A stretch of 64,000 bases of DNA, taken from NCBI GenBank assembly GCA_037134875.1, contig JBAXLH010000004.1, positions 1,233 through 65,232 of the forward strand. The letters run 5' to 3'. Each line of letters starts with the position of its first letter. Positions within the stretch are counted from its first letter, which is position 1. The DNA comes from a bacterium. Lineage in GTDB: Bacteria; Patescibacteriota; Minisyncoccia; Phycocordibacterales; DATDWN01. Position numbers and translations under genes: made by a program. This document shows positions 20,486-29,986 of the stretch, in pieces. The notes beneath the pieces were generated by a model. It was not told the DNA's origin. It worked only from the letters and a program-made list of their open reading frames with translations, and did no database searches.

Positions 20486-20625
20486 TTTGAATTATTAAAT
20501 TCGTCGAAGACACATACTTTTTGGAGACTTCGCAAGCGCGACGGCGCGAGACTTGAGGAATTTTTCAGCAGAAAAATATCCGTGCTCCAAAAAGTATGTG
20601 TTGAGTAAGAATTTAATAATTCAAA
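20486..20625 (+). repeat. Structured element family A copy
   Basis: Stems TTTGAATTATTAAATTC and ACACATACTTTTTGGAG with their complements around the family core. Confidence 0.9.
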
Positions 20626-20635
20626 ATAATAACAG

Positions 20636-22204
20636 TTAATATTTTTTTGGACGATATTGCAGGGCTTCCAAAATATGATTTTCGGAAATATGTTCTGCGC
20701 CTTCGAGGTCAGCTATTGTGCGAGCGAGTTTAATAATTCGGTGGTATGCGCGTGCAGAGAGATCGAGCTGTTTGGCAGATTTGTTTAAAATTTCTTTTAC
20801 CTTTTCTGAAAGTACAATATGCTTGACCAAATCTTTTGGTGAGAGTTCTGAATTTGTTTTTATTTTTAATTTTGCTTTTGAATATCTTTCTTCTTGAATT
20901 TTTCTGGCTTTCTCTACACGAGGACTGATTTTTTCTGTGCACTCATGCATATCACGCGAGTCCGTCAGACGGTTGTGTTCAACGAGAGAGACTTCCACCC
21001 ACATATCGATTCTGTCGACGATTGGTCCAGATAATTTTCTTCTATATTTTTCCAAATTTTGTGCACTACAGATGCATTCTTTTCCTTTGACTCCATAGTT
21101 CCCACACGGACACGGATTCATTGTGGCAACGAGTACAAAATTTGCCGGATACCTGACCGATCCTCGTGCACGCGAAACTGTGACCACTCTGTCTTCAAGA
21201 GGCTGTCTCAAAGTTTCCAAAACTTTTGTATCAAACTCTGGAAATTCATCCAAAAATAAAACACCTTTGTGTGCGAGCGTGACCTCACCTGGTTTTAAAT
21301 TATTTCCTCCGCCAACAAGTGAAACGTATGAGGCTGTATGATGAGGTGCACGAAACGGCGGATGTTCGATGAGACCCTCGGAGAGGTAACCACCGATTGA
21401 ATAAATTCCGGTAACTTCGAGCATATCCTCAAATGATAGTGGAGGAAGAAGGTGTGTGAAAGCCCTGGCAAGCATTGTTTTGCCTGTGCCTGGTGGTCCA
21501 AACATTATGATATTGTGTCCGCCGGCTGCTGCAATTTCAAGTCCCCTTTTTGCTGATTCCTGACCTTTCACATCCGCGAAATCAACATCAATTTCTCGCA
21601 CAGTATTTTTCTTTTTTACACTTTTGTACGGAATAATTTCTTTGTGTTCAACAAAAACTTTTTCTTCATTCGTTTCGTCCATCTTTTTTGTATTGATGTG
21701 TTGCAACACTTCCAAAAGGTTTTTTGCGCCATACACTGTGATGCCTTCTATATATGATGCTTCCTCGGCATTTTGCAGAGGCAAGAAAATTTCAGTGAAA
21801 CCGTCCTTCTTTGCTTTTTGTGTGATTGGTAGTGCGCCTTTGATTGGTCGCAATTCCCCGTCGAGCGAAAGTTCGCCAACAAAAATTCTGTCCTCCGTTT
21901 CAGCTTTGATATCTTCGCTTGCAAGAAGGTATCCAACCGCAATCGGCAAATCAAAAAGCGGACCCTCTTTTTTGATGTCCGCCGGCGCAAGTGATACCAC
22001 GATTTTTTGATTTTTATTTTTTGGAGATTTGAAACCAGAATTTTTTATTGCTGCTCCCACTCTGTCTTTCGATTCATTGACTGATGTGTCCGCGAGACCA
22101 ACAATGGAAAAGGAATGGAGACCTTTTGAAAGATCGATTTCAATATCAATAATCTGCGCATTGAGGAGAGTTGTTTGTGCGCTGTAAATTTTTGAAACAG
22201 CCAT
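20636..22204 (-). CDS. comM: ComM/YifB Mg-chelatase-like AAA+ ATPase
   Basis: GPPGTGKT, PFRAPHHTAS, LAHKGVLFLDE, MNPCPCG, ARTIADL. Confidence 0.95.
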   Translation of the reverse strand: MAVSKIYSAQTTLLNAQIIDIEIDLSKGLHSFSIVGLADTSVNESKDRVGAAIKNSGFKSPKNKNQKIVVSLAPADIKKEGPLFDLPIAVGYLLASEDIKAETEDRIFVGELSLDGELRPIKGALPITQKAKKDGFTEIFLPLQNAEEASYIEGITVYGAKNLLEVLQHINTKKMDETNEEKVFVEHKEIIPYKSVKKKNTVREIDVDFADVKGQESAKRGLEIAAAGGHNIIMFGPPGTGKTMLARAFTHLLPPLSFEDMLEVTGIYSIGGYLSEGLIEHPPFRAPHHTASYVSLVGGGNNLKPGEVTLAHKGVLFLDEFPEFDTKVLETLRQPLEDRVVTVSRARGSVRYPANFVLVATMNPCPCGNYGVKGKECICSAQNLEKYRRKLSGPIVDRIDMWVEVSLVEHNRLTDSRDMHECTEKISPRVEKARKIQEERYSKAKLKIKTNSELSPKDLVKHIVLSEKVKEILNKSAKQLDLSARAYHRIIKLARTIADLEGAEHISENHILEALQYRPKKY

Positions 22205-22244
22205 AATTGTTTAATTTTAACACAAAATTTTTTCTGTACACAAT

Positions 22245-22766
22245 CTAATAATTGTCTGGAATTGCTTCAATTACTTTATTAAGAAAAGTATTTTTGTTGA
22301 GCTGATATTCTTTTCTAGAAAAACAAAATTTTTCTTTAATTGTTTTATATTCATCTATCAGTCTGGGGTTATTCAACATAAACCTTGTTAGTTTTTCACT
22401 CACTTCCCCTTCGTAACCAAAATAGATGTGAATATCAAATTCAAATTCTTCGCCAGCAATTTCAAATCTAACAAATTCTTTTTCATTTTGTTGTGGCTTA
22501 CCAAATTCTTCTTCTAGAATTTTGAGCACATTTTCTCTGTTGTTATTTTTTACATAGAGTGCAATTTCAACATCTGAAGTTGGTATTTTATATGCTACCG
22601 AACCAATTGTTTGAATTTTGATATCGATACCCTTAAAAGTTTCAGATAGTATTTTTATATATTTATCTGCTAGCGATTGCATTTCAGAAGAATACGGCAA
22701 AAGTTTAACTGGTTTATCACTATACTTATCAAAAAATTCTCTCGAGAACTTATTAAGTAGCTTCAT
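22245..22766 (-). CDS. GrpB-like nucleotidyltransferase-fold protein
   Basis: IGSVA motif, DIHI, EYKTIK...EYQLNKNTF. Confidence 0.6.
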   Translation of the reverse strand: MKLLNKFSREFFDKYSDKPVKLLPYSSEMQSLADKYIKILSETFKGIDIKIQTIGSVAYKIPTSDVEIALYVKNNNRENVLKILEEEFGKPQQNEKEFVRFEIAGEEFEFDIHIYFGYEGEVSEKLTRFMLNNPRLIDEYKTIKEKFCFSRKEYQLNKNTFLNKVIEAIPDNY

Positions 22767-22767
22767 A

Positions 22768-23913
22768 TTATTTCTTGAGTGCTTCGATGCCAGGCAAAGT
22801 TTCGTTTACAAGAAAGTCGAGCATTGCACCACCACCTGTGGAGACAAAAGAGAATTTGTGTTCGAGACCAAGTTTTTTGATTGCAGATAATGTGTCTCCC
22901 CCGCCGACAATGCTTCGTGCACCGTTTTCTGTTGCCTCGGCGATAACTTCGGCGAGTTGTTCTGTTTTATCGCCAAAACCTTTTTCAAAATTTCCGAGCG
23001 GTCCGTTCCAGACAATTGTCTTTGCACCATCTACAAGTTTTCGAAGTTGATCAATTGTTTTTGGTCCGGCATCTACGATACATTCATTTTTTTGGAAATT
23101 CTCGGGCTCTCGGAATTCTACAGTTGTCTCGTCACACGATGATGTTACATCTACCGGAATCTCAAGTTTTGGATTATGCAAAATTTCTTTGATTGTCTGT
23201 TTTATTATTTCATCATTTTCAGAAACAAGTGATGTTCCCACCTCGTATCCCTTTTCTTTGAAAATATCATTTGTGAGCGCTCCTCCAACAAACACTGTGT
23301 CTGCCAAGTCAAGATATTTTTTTATGAGAGGTAGTTTTGTATCAAACTTTGCTCCGCCTAAAATGAAAACAAATGGATGTGCAGGATTAAAAGCTTGTGA
23401 AATATTTTCTATTTCTTGTTTCAAAAGTGGTCCACCATAGTGTGGTAGAAATTCTGGTACACCAACAATCGATGCGTGTTTTCTGTGAGAAACCGAGAAA
23501 GCATCATTTACGTAAATATCAGCCATTTGCGAGAGTTTTTTTGCAAATGCTGTATCGTTTTCTTTTTCTTCCGGATTGATGCGAACATTTTCAAATAGCA
23601 ACACTCCCCTGTCTTCGAGTTTCAAAAGTTTGTCGATGGCCTCGGGAGTAAAAAATGTTGGACAAAATTCGACTGGGACATAGCCATTCAAATAATGCCA
23701 CATTGGTACGAGAGTTTTTGACTCCTTGCCTTCACAGTGAGCTAGGATAATAACCTGCGCACCTTTGTCTCGCAACAAGTCGATTGTTTCAATTGATTTT
23801 TCTATTCTGTATGGATCAGTAACTTTGCCGTCTTCTATTGGAACATTGAGATCGAGACGCAGTAGCACTTTTTTCCCTTTCAAATCCCCCAGCTCATCAA
23901 TATAGTGAATCAT
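22768..23913 (-). CDS. pgk: Phosphoglycerate kinase
   Basis: RLDLNVP, DAFSVSHR, GGAK, WNGPLG, GGGDT, STGGGA. Confidence 0.97.
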   Translation of the reverse strand: MIHYIDELGDLKGKKVLLRLDLNVPIEDGKVTDPYRIEKSIETIDLLRDKGAQVIILAHCEGKESKTLVPMWHYLNGYVPVEFCPTFFTPEAIDKLLKLEDRGVLLFENVRINPEEKENDTAFAKKLSQMADIYVNDAFSVSHRKHASIVGVPEFLPHYGGPLLKQEIENISQAFNPAHPFVFILGGAKFDTKLPLIKKYLDLADTVFVGGALTNDIFKEKGYEVGTSLVSENDEIIKQTIKEILHNPKLEIPVDVTSSCDETTVEFREPENFQKNECIVDAGPKTIDQLRKLVDGAKTIVWNGPLGNFEKGFGDKTEQLAEVIAEATENGARSIVGGGDTLSAIKKLGLEHKFSFVSTGGGAMLDFLVNETLPGIEALKK

Positions 23914-23918
23914 AAAAA

Positions 23919-24683
23919 TTAATTTGTTTTATCTACTATTTTTATAATCTCTGAAAAGTTTTTTGGTTTCAAACTTTCGCGACCAACAAGAAATCCATGT
24001 ACAAATCCTCCTTTTATAATGTCCTCAGTGTTAAATTCATTGACTGCTCCGCCATAAATGATGCGAATACTATCAGAGAGAAGTCCGTACATATCTTTGA
24101 GTATTTTTTTGATGAAGATTCCCATTTCGTGCACTTCCCTTGGATTCATTGCCTCTTTTGCGCCTATTGCCCAGATTGGTTCGTAGGCAATCACAATATG
24201 ATCAACGAGTTTTTTTGTTATATCTTTGAGTCCAAGAACAATTTGATTTTTTACAAAGGCCAAGTATTCGCCGTTGTGATCATGCTCTTTTTCTCCGACA
24301 CACAAAACAGCAGTCATTCCCTCGTTTACAACAGAAATTACTTTTTTGTTTATTATTTCGTCAGTTTCTCCCATATTTCGTCTTTCGGAATGTCCAATGA
24401 TAACAAGACTTGTTTTGAATTGGTGAAGCTGGTTGAAACTAACTTCTCCGGTGTATGGTCCAGCTGTCTCATAAAAGGCATTTTGTGCACCAAGAAAAAC
24501 TTTGTTCGAGACAGATCCAGAGAGTGGAGACAAATACACAAACGGAGGACAGAGTACTATCTGAGTTTTCTTTATATTTTTTGTATATTTTTTGACTTCA
24601 CTCACTATCTTTTTTGCCTCAAGTACAGTTTCTGGGTTCATTTTCCAGTTGCCAATAACAAGTTTTTTGATTTTTTTGGTCAT
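23919..24683 (-). CDS. tpiA: Triosephosphate isomerase
   Basis: GNWKMN, GHSERR, AYEPIWAIG. Confidence 0.97.
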   Translation of the reverse strand: MTKKIKKLVIGNWKMNPETVLEAKKIVSEVKKYTKNIKKTQIVLCPPFVYLSPLSGSVSNKVFLGAQNAFYETAGPYTGEVSFNQLHQFKTSLVIIGHSERRNMGETDEIINKKVISVVNEGMTAVLCVGEKEHDHNGEYLAFVKNQIVLGLKDITKKLVDHIVIAYEPIWAIGAKEAMNPREVHEMGIFIKKILKDMYGLLSDSIRIIYGGAVNEFNTEDIIKGGFVHGFLVGRESLKPKNFSEIIKIVDKTN

Positions 24684-24756
24684 ATGAGACTATTGTATCA
24701 TAGAGATACAATAGGAAAAACAGCAAAAAATGAGTAAAAAACGTTAATTTTGACAC

Positions 24757-26217
24757 TTAATTAACTTCTTGCCAGGAGATTGTTTGATATTGGTCGGAAG
24801 TAAGTGGGAAACTTGGCGGAGGTCCGTACAAAAGGTTGGCATCATACGTAATATTTCGTGTGTCATATCCGGTTCCGTCGGTATAGGCGAAACCATATCG
24901 AGAAAAACTACCTAGCATTCCATAGAGAGTCAAAGTATTTCTCACATAACTCGATCCACAGCTACTTGAGTAATAATATCTTCCACTTCTACCGTTTTGG
25001 GCAATAAGTGCAGCATCTATTCTCATTGTATCTGCACTGTTTAGTCCGACATTTATATTTTCCTGTGCAATAAGTCCGATCGTGTCAGATCCATCATAAT
25101 TTGTATAGAGAAGATTGTCGTTTATAGTAATACTCGTTCTTTGTGATGGATTATCCGGAAATCTTCCGACAGCTATTGTGAGTCTAGCACCGTTTATTTG
25201 ACCATCTATCCAAAGGTTATCTTCTACAAAAATAATACCGTTTTGTGGAAATGGATAATTTGCAACAAATGTTTGACCGTTGGATTTTATACTCCATGTT
25301 CCCCATTTGTCTTGACCTTGGTCATTTTTACAACTTCCTGGTGCAGTTGCGAGTTGTGTGACTTTGTACAAATCGAATGTGTCATTTGTTTTCAAAATAA
25401 TATGATATCCTTGGGCACCTGAACTCGAAATATATTTTCCATTTGATTGGGCCAAGCTTTTCATTTGTGCAAGATTTGTGGTGAGTCCAACAAAATCAAC
25501 AAGTGGTACAGGAAACACTCTGCCGGCTTGAAATACATCTGTTCTGTTTTGAACGGGATTATTGGGTGCCTCGAGTGGTCGCCATGCTTCATTTACTCCG
25601 GACGATGGGGGTGTGTTGACATGTGTGTGTACACCAAATTCTTGCCCACCGCTGTGATCTGGATCTTGGTATTTATTTTTACCACTTGTTATGAGGTTGT
25701 GTGCAATACCATCAAATCGTATTCCTCCGTTTGAGTGGATTGGTCCATATACTTCTGTTCCCTCTCCGAAACGCATTTCGTCATTTGCAACGACGGCGTA
25801 TTTTGCAAGTGACGGAATTGCGAGTTGTACCAAGATTGATCTTGAAACTGTCGGGTCGGCAAGAACTTTGCCGGTTGATTTTATTTTGACTAATGTAAAT
25901 CCTGTGGGAGGAGGTGTTATATCCAAAGTGAATGTTCCAACCTTTGTTCCGTCTTTGTCTAGAAAATCATGTATGTATGGTCCAGAAGTTGCTGTGCCAT
26001 CTTGGTAGTCGGTCTGATTGTGAGCAAGATGCCATCTGTAGTAGTCGATACCTGCCTCGGCAATTTGCAGAGCTTGTTCTCTATATATAGCTACTCGTGA
26101 TGCTTTTATATTTACGCCTGCCCAACTGATGAGTGCGCCAATAATTACAATGGAAATTGTTCCAAAAACAAATGCTTGGACCAAAATACTTCCAGATTGT
26201 AATTTTGTTTTTTTCAT
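24757..26217 (-). CDS. PilX-like minor pilin / pilus assembly protein
   Basis: QSG-SILV N-terminus, ALQIAEAGI, C-terminal SWQE; start moved to M29. Confidence 0.8.
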   Translation of the reverse strand: MKKTKLQSGSILVQAFVFGTISIVIIGALISWAGVNIKASRVAIYREQALQIAEAGIDYYRWHLAHNQTDYQDGTATSGPYIHDFLDKDGTKVGTFTLDITPPPTGFTLVKIKSTGKVLADPTVSRSILVQLAIPSLAKYAVVANDEMRFGEGTEVYGPIHSNGGIRFDGIAHNLITSGKNKYQDPDHSGGQEFGVHTHVNTPPSSGVNEAWRPLEAPNNPVQNRTDVFQAGRVFPVPLVDFVGLTTNLAQMKSLAQSNGKYISSSGAQGYHIILKTNDTFDLYKVTQLATAPGSCKNDQGQDKWGTWSIKSNGQTFVANYPFPQNGIIFVEDNLWIDGQINGARLTIAVGRFPDNPSQRTSITINDNLLYTNYDGSDTIGLIAQENINVGLNSADTMRIDAALIAQNGRSGRYYYSSSCGSSYVRNTLTLYGMLGSFSRYGFAYTDGTGYDTRNITYDANLLYGPPPSFPLTSDQYQTISWQEVN

Positions 26218-26218
26218 T

Positions 26219-26836
26219 TTATAAATTATCTTTGAGGTTTCGAATATTAACTTGTGATGTGACAATGAGGGGTACTGGTGAGTGATTTGGATCTTTATCA
26301 ATTATTAAATTTATTTTTACGAGTCTCACGAGCGGGATATTGATAGGAACACTAAGTGGCGCGGTTGTTCCATCATATGTTGATGAATAATACTGAAACA
26401 GTGGAAGAGTGGAACTTGCAACAAAATCTGAAACGATTGTGGAAAGTTTTTCGTTAGCATCATTATACACTAACGGATTACCGGTAGGTACAACAACCCC
26501 CATTTTTATTTCTTTGCCACTCAAAAAATATCTCACCCTGTCCTTCAATCCATCATTATTTACATCACTGTAAAATGTAATACCAGTTGAGCTCGCAAGT
26601 GCGATCGGGTATGCCCCGTTGTTTGATGGTGATGCCTCTCGTAATTCTGCAACCATAATTTTTGTAACATGGCGAGCATCAAGCTGTGCGCTCAGACTAC
26701 TCTGGAGAGTCGTACTCAAAGAAAAAACATCTTTTTGGAATGTTGAAATCGCTAGTGTGATAACAGTAATAACAAAAACACTCACAAGTATTTCTACGAG
26801 GGTGAATCCTGAATTGTGTTGATTTGTTTTTTTCAT
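26219..26836 (-). CDS. Type IV prepilin (PilW-like)
   Basis: GFTLVE prepilin cleavage/methylation motif. Confidence 0.88.
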   Translation of the reverse strand: MKKTNQHNSGFTLVEILVSVFVITVITLAISTFQKDVFSLSTTLQSSLSAQLDARHVTKIMVAELREASPSNNGAYPIALASSTGITFYSDVNNDGLKDRVRYFLSGKEIKMGVVVPTGNPLVYNDANEKLSTIVSDFVASSTLPLFQYYSSTYDGTTAPLSVPINIPLVRLVKINLIIDKDPNHSPVPLIVTSQVNIRNLKDNL

Positions 26837-26837
26837 A

Positions 26838-28631
26838 TTAATTTGTAGACATTGTTGTTTCAATTGCTTGCCATGATTGTGTGACTGGTATGGAAACGTC
26901 TTGATCTGCGTAACCCTCTTTTTCTAAATGTAATGTATATGTTCCAGAAGAAAGGCTACTAAATGAAACTTGTCCTGGAGGAGTACATGACGATGTGTAT
27001 GTAATTGATACATCGGAAATATTTGGAGTTGCAGTTGTCACAGCTGTGTCAAGGAAAACTTTGTATCTAATATAACGTGCATTGTTGTTTGCGGAACTAA
27101 CCGATTTATTTGATGTTGTGTAGTACGTACTGTTTGTTCCGTCAGGACCAACAAAATTCCATGTGCCACCATCGTTGTTTGTTGCGATTTGAAATCTGAC
27201 ATTTGGATTTCCAGTTGATACTGGTTGATCTCCTGGATTCCAATTGATCTGTTGAAAATTAACCGGAAAACCTATATCAAATGTAGATGAAGTAAGTGTG
27301 CCACTTGAAACATAATCACTAAATATTTTTTTGAGTGAAATATCTCCAGCAGGATTATTTATTTCAATATTTCCATCTGATGAAAAATATTTTGTTCCGT
27401 CGGTCGATGTGGCTTGTCCCCCTCCGCCCGACCAGTCAGTTTGTAAAATAAATCCTAAACCTGTCATTTTTGTATTGGTATATGAATCTTTCGTAAGTCG
27501 TGCCTCTACACCAGAAAGAGGGAGTCCAGTAGAACTATCTTTGACTGTGATGAGAACAGTGCGTGGATTTTTTGTGGCAACAATCAAACTCAAATTTTGA
27601 ATACTGTTTGGTGTAATGTTGATTGGAAGATTTGGATTTACTCCAACAAAATCATACGACGTATCAATGTTGGAGAGATTATATGAATCCCACTCAATAC
27701 CGGTCAAACTCAAATTTCCACTCGAATTTGTTGCTTTGTTTTGGCTATATTTGTATACACTCGGAGTCCCGATGAGTTTATTTCCAGTCAGTGTGAAATC
27801 AATCGATGGGACAGGAGTACAGTCCGCTGTCATTGATGAAACGTTTAGTGTGCTCAGTTTGTCGATAATAAAACTTGTTTGAGTTACCTGTTGCAGAACA
27901 ACTGTTGCATTTGGTTTTGTTGGGTTTGGATTTCCTCCACTCACTGCATATGTTTTGTCTGTCGAATATCCACTTTTTGTGACCGTTATTTCATAGGCAT
28001 TAACTCCGGGCGGTGCATCAACAATTTGTAAAACACCGCTGTTGTTTGTGACATCATCAATCACAATTGCCGGACTCTCTTGGTTATTTACGATATGGAC
28101 TGATGCTTCTGGTATTGGATTGCCATTTGCATCAAACACTTTTACAAACAGAGCGCCGTTTGTTGTTGATGTCTCAAGATTTTTTGGAGCAACTTTTGTT
28201 GTAATAACAACAGGCGTAAAGGTTTTACAACTAGCACAGGTTACATCAATTTCTACGAGCTTGTAATCCGCCGGTGAGAGATCGTTTGGAGTTCCGCCGA
28301 GTGTTCCATCAAACGGATCATCAATGTTTCTGACTGTAGTGGTGGCATAATAACTATTTCCACTGCGAGTGAGTTTTTGTGCGTGAGACAGAACTCCATC
28401 TGGAATACTTCCAGTGATTCCAACATCAGAGTATGGCAGATTTCGAATAATTTCGAGTTGTTCATTTACGAGATTCACGGCTTCAATTTTTGCTCGACTA
28501 GCTTTTATTGTGTCAAAAATTGAAGTGTATGCTGTGTATACTGATATGACAATTACAAGAAAAACAGCTACTCCAACAATAAGCTCAACAAATGTAAATC
28601 CAGTGTTTCTTTTTTTATATAGAACTTTCAT
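26838..28631 (-). CDS. Large type IV prepilin (PilV-like) with carboxypeptidase-regulatory-like beta domains
   Basis: GFTFVE motif; VKVFDANGNPIPEASV, YEITVTKSGY. Confidence 0.85.
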   Translation of the reverse strand: MKVLYKKRNTGFTFVELIVGVAVFLVIVISVYTAYTSIFDTIKASRAKIEAVNLVNEQLEIIRNLPYSDVGITGSIPDGVLSHAQKLTRSGNSYYATTTVRNIDDPFDGTLGGTPNDLSPADYKLVEIDVTCASCKTFTPVVITTKVAPKNLETSTTNGALFVKVFDANGNPIPEASVHIVNNQESPAIVIDDVTNNSGVLQIVDAPPGVNAYEITVTKSGYSTDKTYAVSGGNPNPTKPNATVVLQQVTQTSFIIDKLSTLNVSSMTADCTPVPSIDFTLTGNKLIGTPSVYKYSQNKATNSSGNLSLTGIEWDSYNLSNIDTSYDFVGVNPNLPINITPNSIQNLSLIVATKNPRTVLITVKDSSTGLPLSGVEARLTKDSYTNTKMTGLGFILQTDWSGGGGQATSTDGTKYFSSDGNIEINNPAGDISLKKIFSDYVSSGTLTSSTFDIGFPVNFQQINWNPGDQPVSTGNPNVRFQIATNNDGGTWNFVGPDGTNSTYYTTSNKSVSSANNNARYIRYKVFLDTAVTTATPNISDVSITYTSSCTPPGQVSFSSLSSGTYTLHLEKEGYADQDVSIPVTQSWQAIETTMSTN

Positions 28632-28645
28632 TTTAAATTTCGTTT

Positions 28646-28750
28646 TTCTCAGACCGACTGCTTTTAAAAACATTGTGAGCTCGACGGGGCTACACGTCGG
28701 AAAATTTTAGCAAAAATTTATCCGTTTTTTAAAAGCAGTTGGTCGGAGAA
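28646..28750 (+). repeat. Structured element family A copy between pilC and pilin
   Basis: Stem GACCGACTGCTTTTAAAAA/TTTTTAAAAGCAGTTGGTC around CATTGTGAGCTCGACGGGGC...GGAAAATTTTAGCAAAAATTTATCCG. Confidence 0.85.
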
Positions 28751-28752
28751 TT

Positions 28753-29967
28753 CTAAATTGAATCAGCGAGTGAGTATGTTGGTGCGAGCATTGAGATTGC
28801 AAAGAATCCAACAGCAACACCAATAATAATCATAAGCACTGGTTCAACAATCGACGACATATCTTTTGTTTTCTGATCAACCTCATCTTCATAAAACGTA
28901 GCGACACCGAGGAGCATCTCCCCTATCTTTCCTGTCTCCTCACCCACAGAAACCATTTCTCCCACAAACAGTGGATAAAATTTATCGTATGCAAGAAATA
29001 CAGTTGATATCTGATCTCCTTTCTGAATTGTTTTTTGGATTTTTTCCAGAATGTCTTTGTAGTAGGAATTTTGAATAACATCTTTTGTTACGTTGATAGC
29101 AAGAACAATATCAACTCCGGCAGACAGGAGTGACGAGAGTGTTCGTGCTGTGCGAGCAGAATTTATTTCTTTGACTATTTCTCCGATTACTGGAATTCGA
29201 AGTATTGTCCAGTCAACCATTCTTCCTCCTTTCTGTGTTTTAAATCCGGCTGATATTAAAAATGTTGCAACGATAACTCCAATAATCGTTATAAGAAAAT
29301 TATTTTTTAGAAAATCACTCACGGTGATAATGAGTCTGGTTGACCACGGTAGTTTGATTCCAAGACCGACAAATGTGGATGTAAGGGTTGGTACCATATA
29401 TACCATCATAAGAACTCCGATAATAATCATAAGAGTCAAAATGACTGCTGGGTACATGAGTGCCCCCTTTATTTTTTTATTGAGCTGGTATGATTTCTCC
29501 ATTTGGAGAGCAACGTTTTTGAGTGCCATTGAGAGGTTTCCGGATTCTTCTCCGGCTCTGACCATGGCAATAAAAAGAGTTGGAAAAACATTCGGATAAT
29601 TTTTCATTGAATCGCTCAGTGTATTTCCTTTGCTGAGTGATTCATTGAGACTTCCTAATACTTTTTTGAATGTGCCGGATTTTGCTTGTCGTTCCATTAT
29701 CGACAATCCCCTGTTTATTGGAAGTCCCGCATCAATCATTTGTCCGAGATTTCGTGCAAAAACTATTTTGTCATGCATTTTTACTCCACCAAAAAAAGAA
29801 ATATATTTTGAAAAAGAAAATGTGCTATTTTTCGACTCCTCAATCGAAACAATTGCACTTGCGTCTTTTCTAATGATTTCGTACAGAGATCCTTTATCTT
29901 TTGCCTCGACAGTGTTTTCTACTGGCTGTCCATTTTTATCTATTATTTTGTAATGAAATGTTGTCAT
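28753..29967 (-). CDS. pilC: Type IV pilus platform protein PilC (GspF family)
   Basis: AGEESGNL, ALMYP, VGEETG, EPVLMIIIG. Confidence 0.93.
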   Translation of the reverse strand: MTTFHYKIIDKNGQPVENTVEAKDKGSLYEIIRKDASAIVSIEESKNSTFSFSKYISFFGGVKMHDKIVFARNLGQMIDAGLPINRGLSIMERQAKSGTFKKVLGSLNESLSKGNTLSDSMKNYPNVFPTLFIAMVRAGEESGNLSMALKNVALQMEKSYQLNKKIKGALMYPAVILTLMIIIGVLMMVYMVPTLTSTFVGLGIKLPWSTRLIITVSDFLKNNFLITIIGVIVATFLISAGFKTQKGGRMVDWTILRIPVIGEIVKEINSARTARTLSSLLSAGVDIVLAINVTKDVIQNSYYKDILEKIQKTIQKGDQISTVFLAYDKFYPLFVGEMVSVGEETGKIGEMLLGVATFYEDEVDQKTKDMSSIVEPVLMIIIGVAVGFFAISMLAPTYSLADSI

Positions 29968-29986
29968 TTATTTTTTATTTAAAATA

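Noticed and set aside
23997-24737. 246-aa + strand ORF
   Set aside because: Antisense shadow of tpiA; the same applies to similar ORFs opposite rny, pcrA and VirB4
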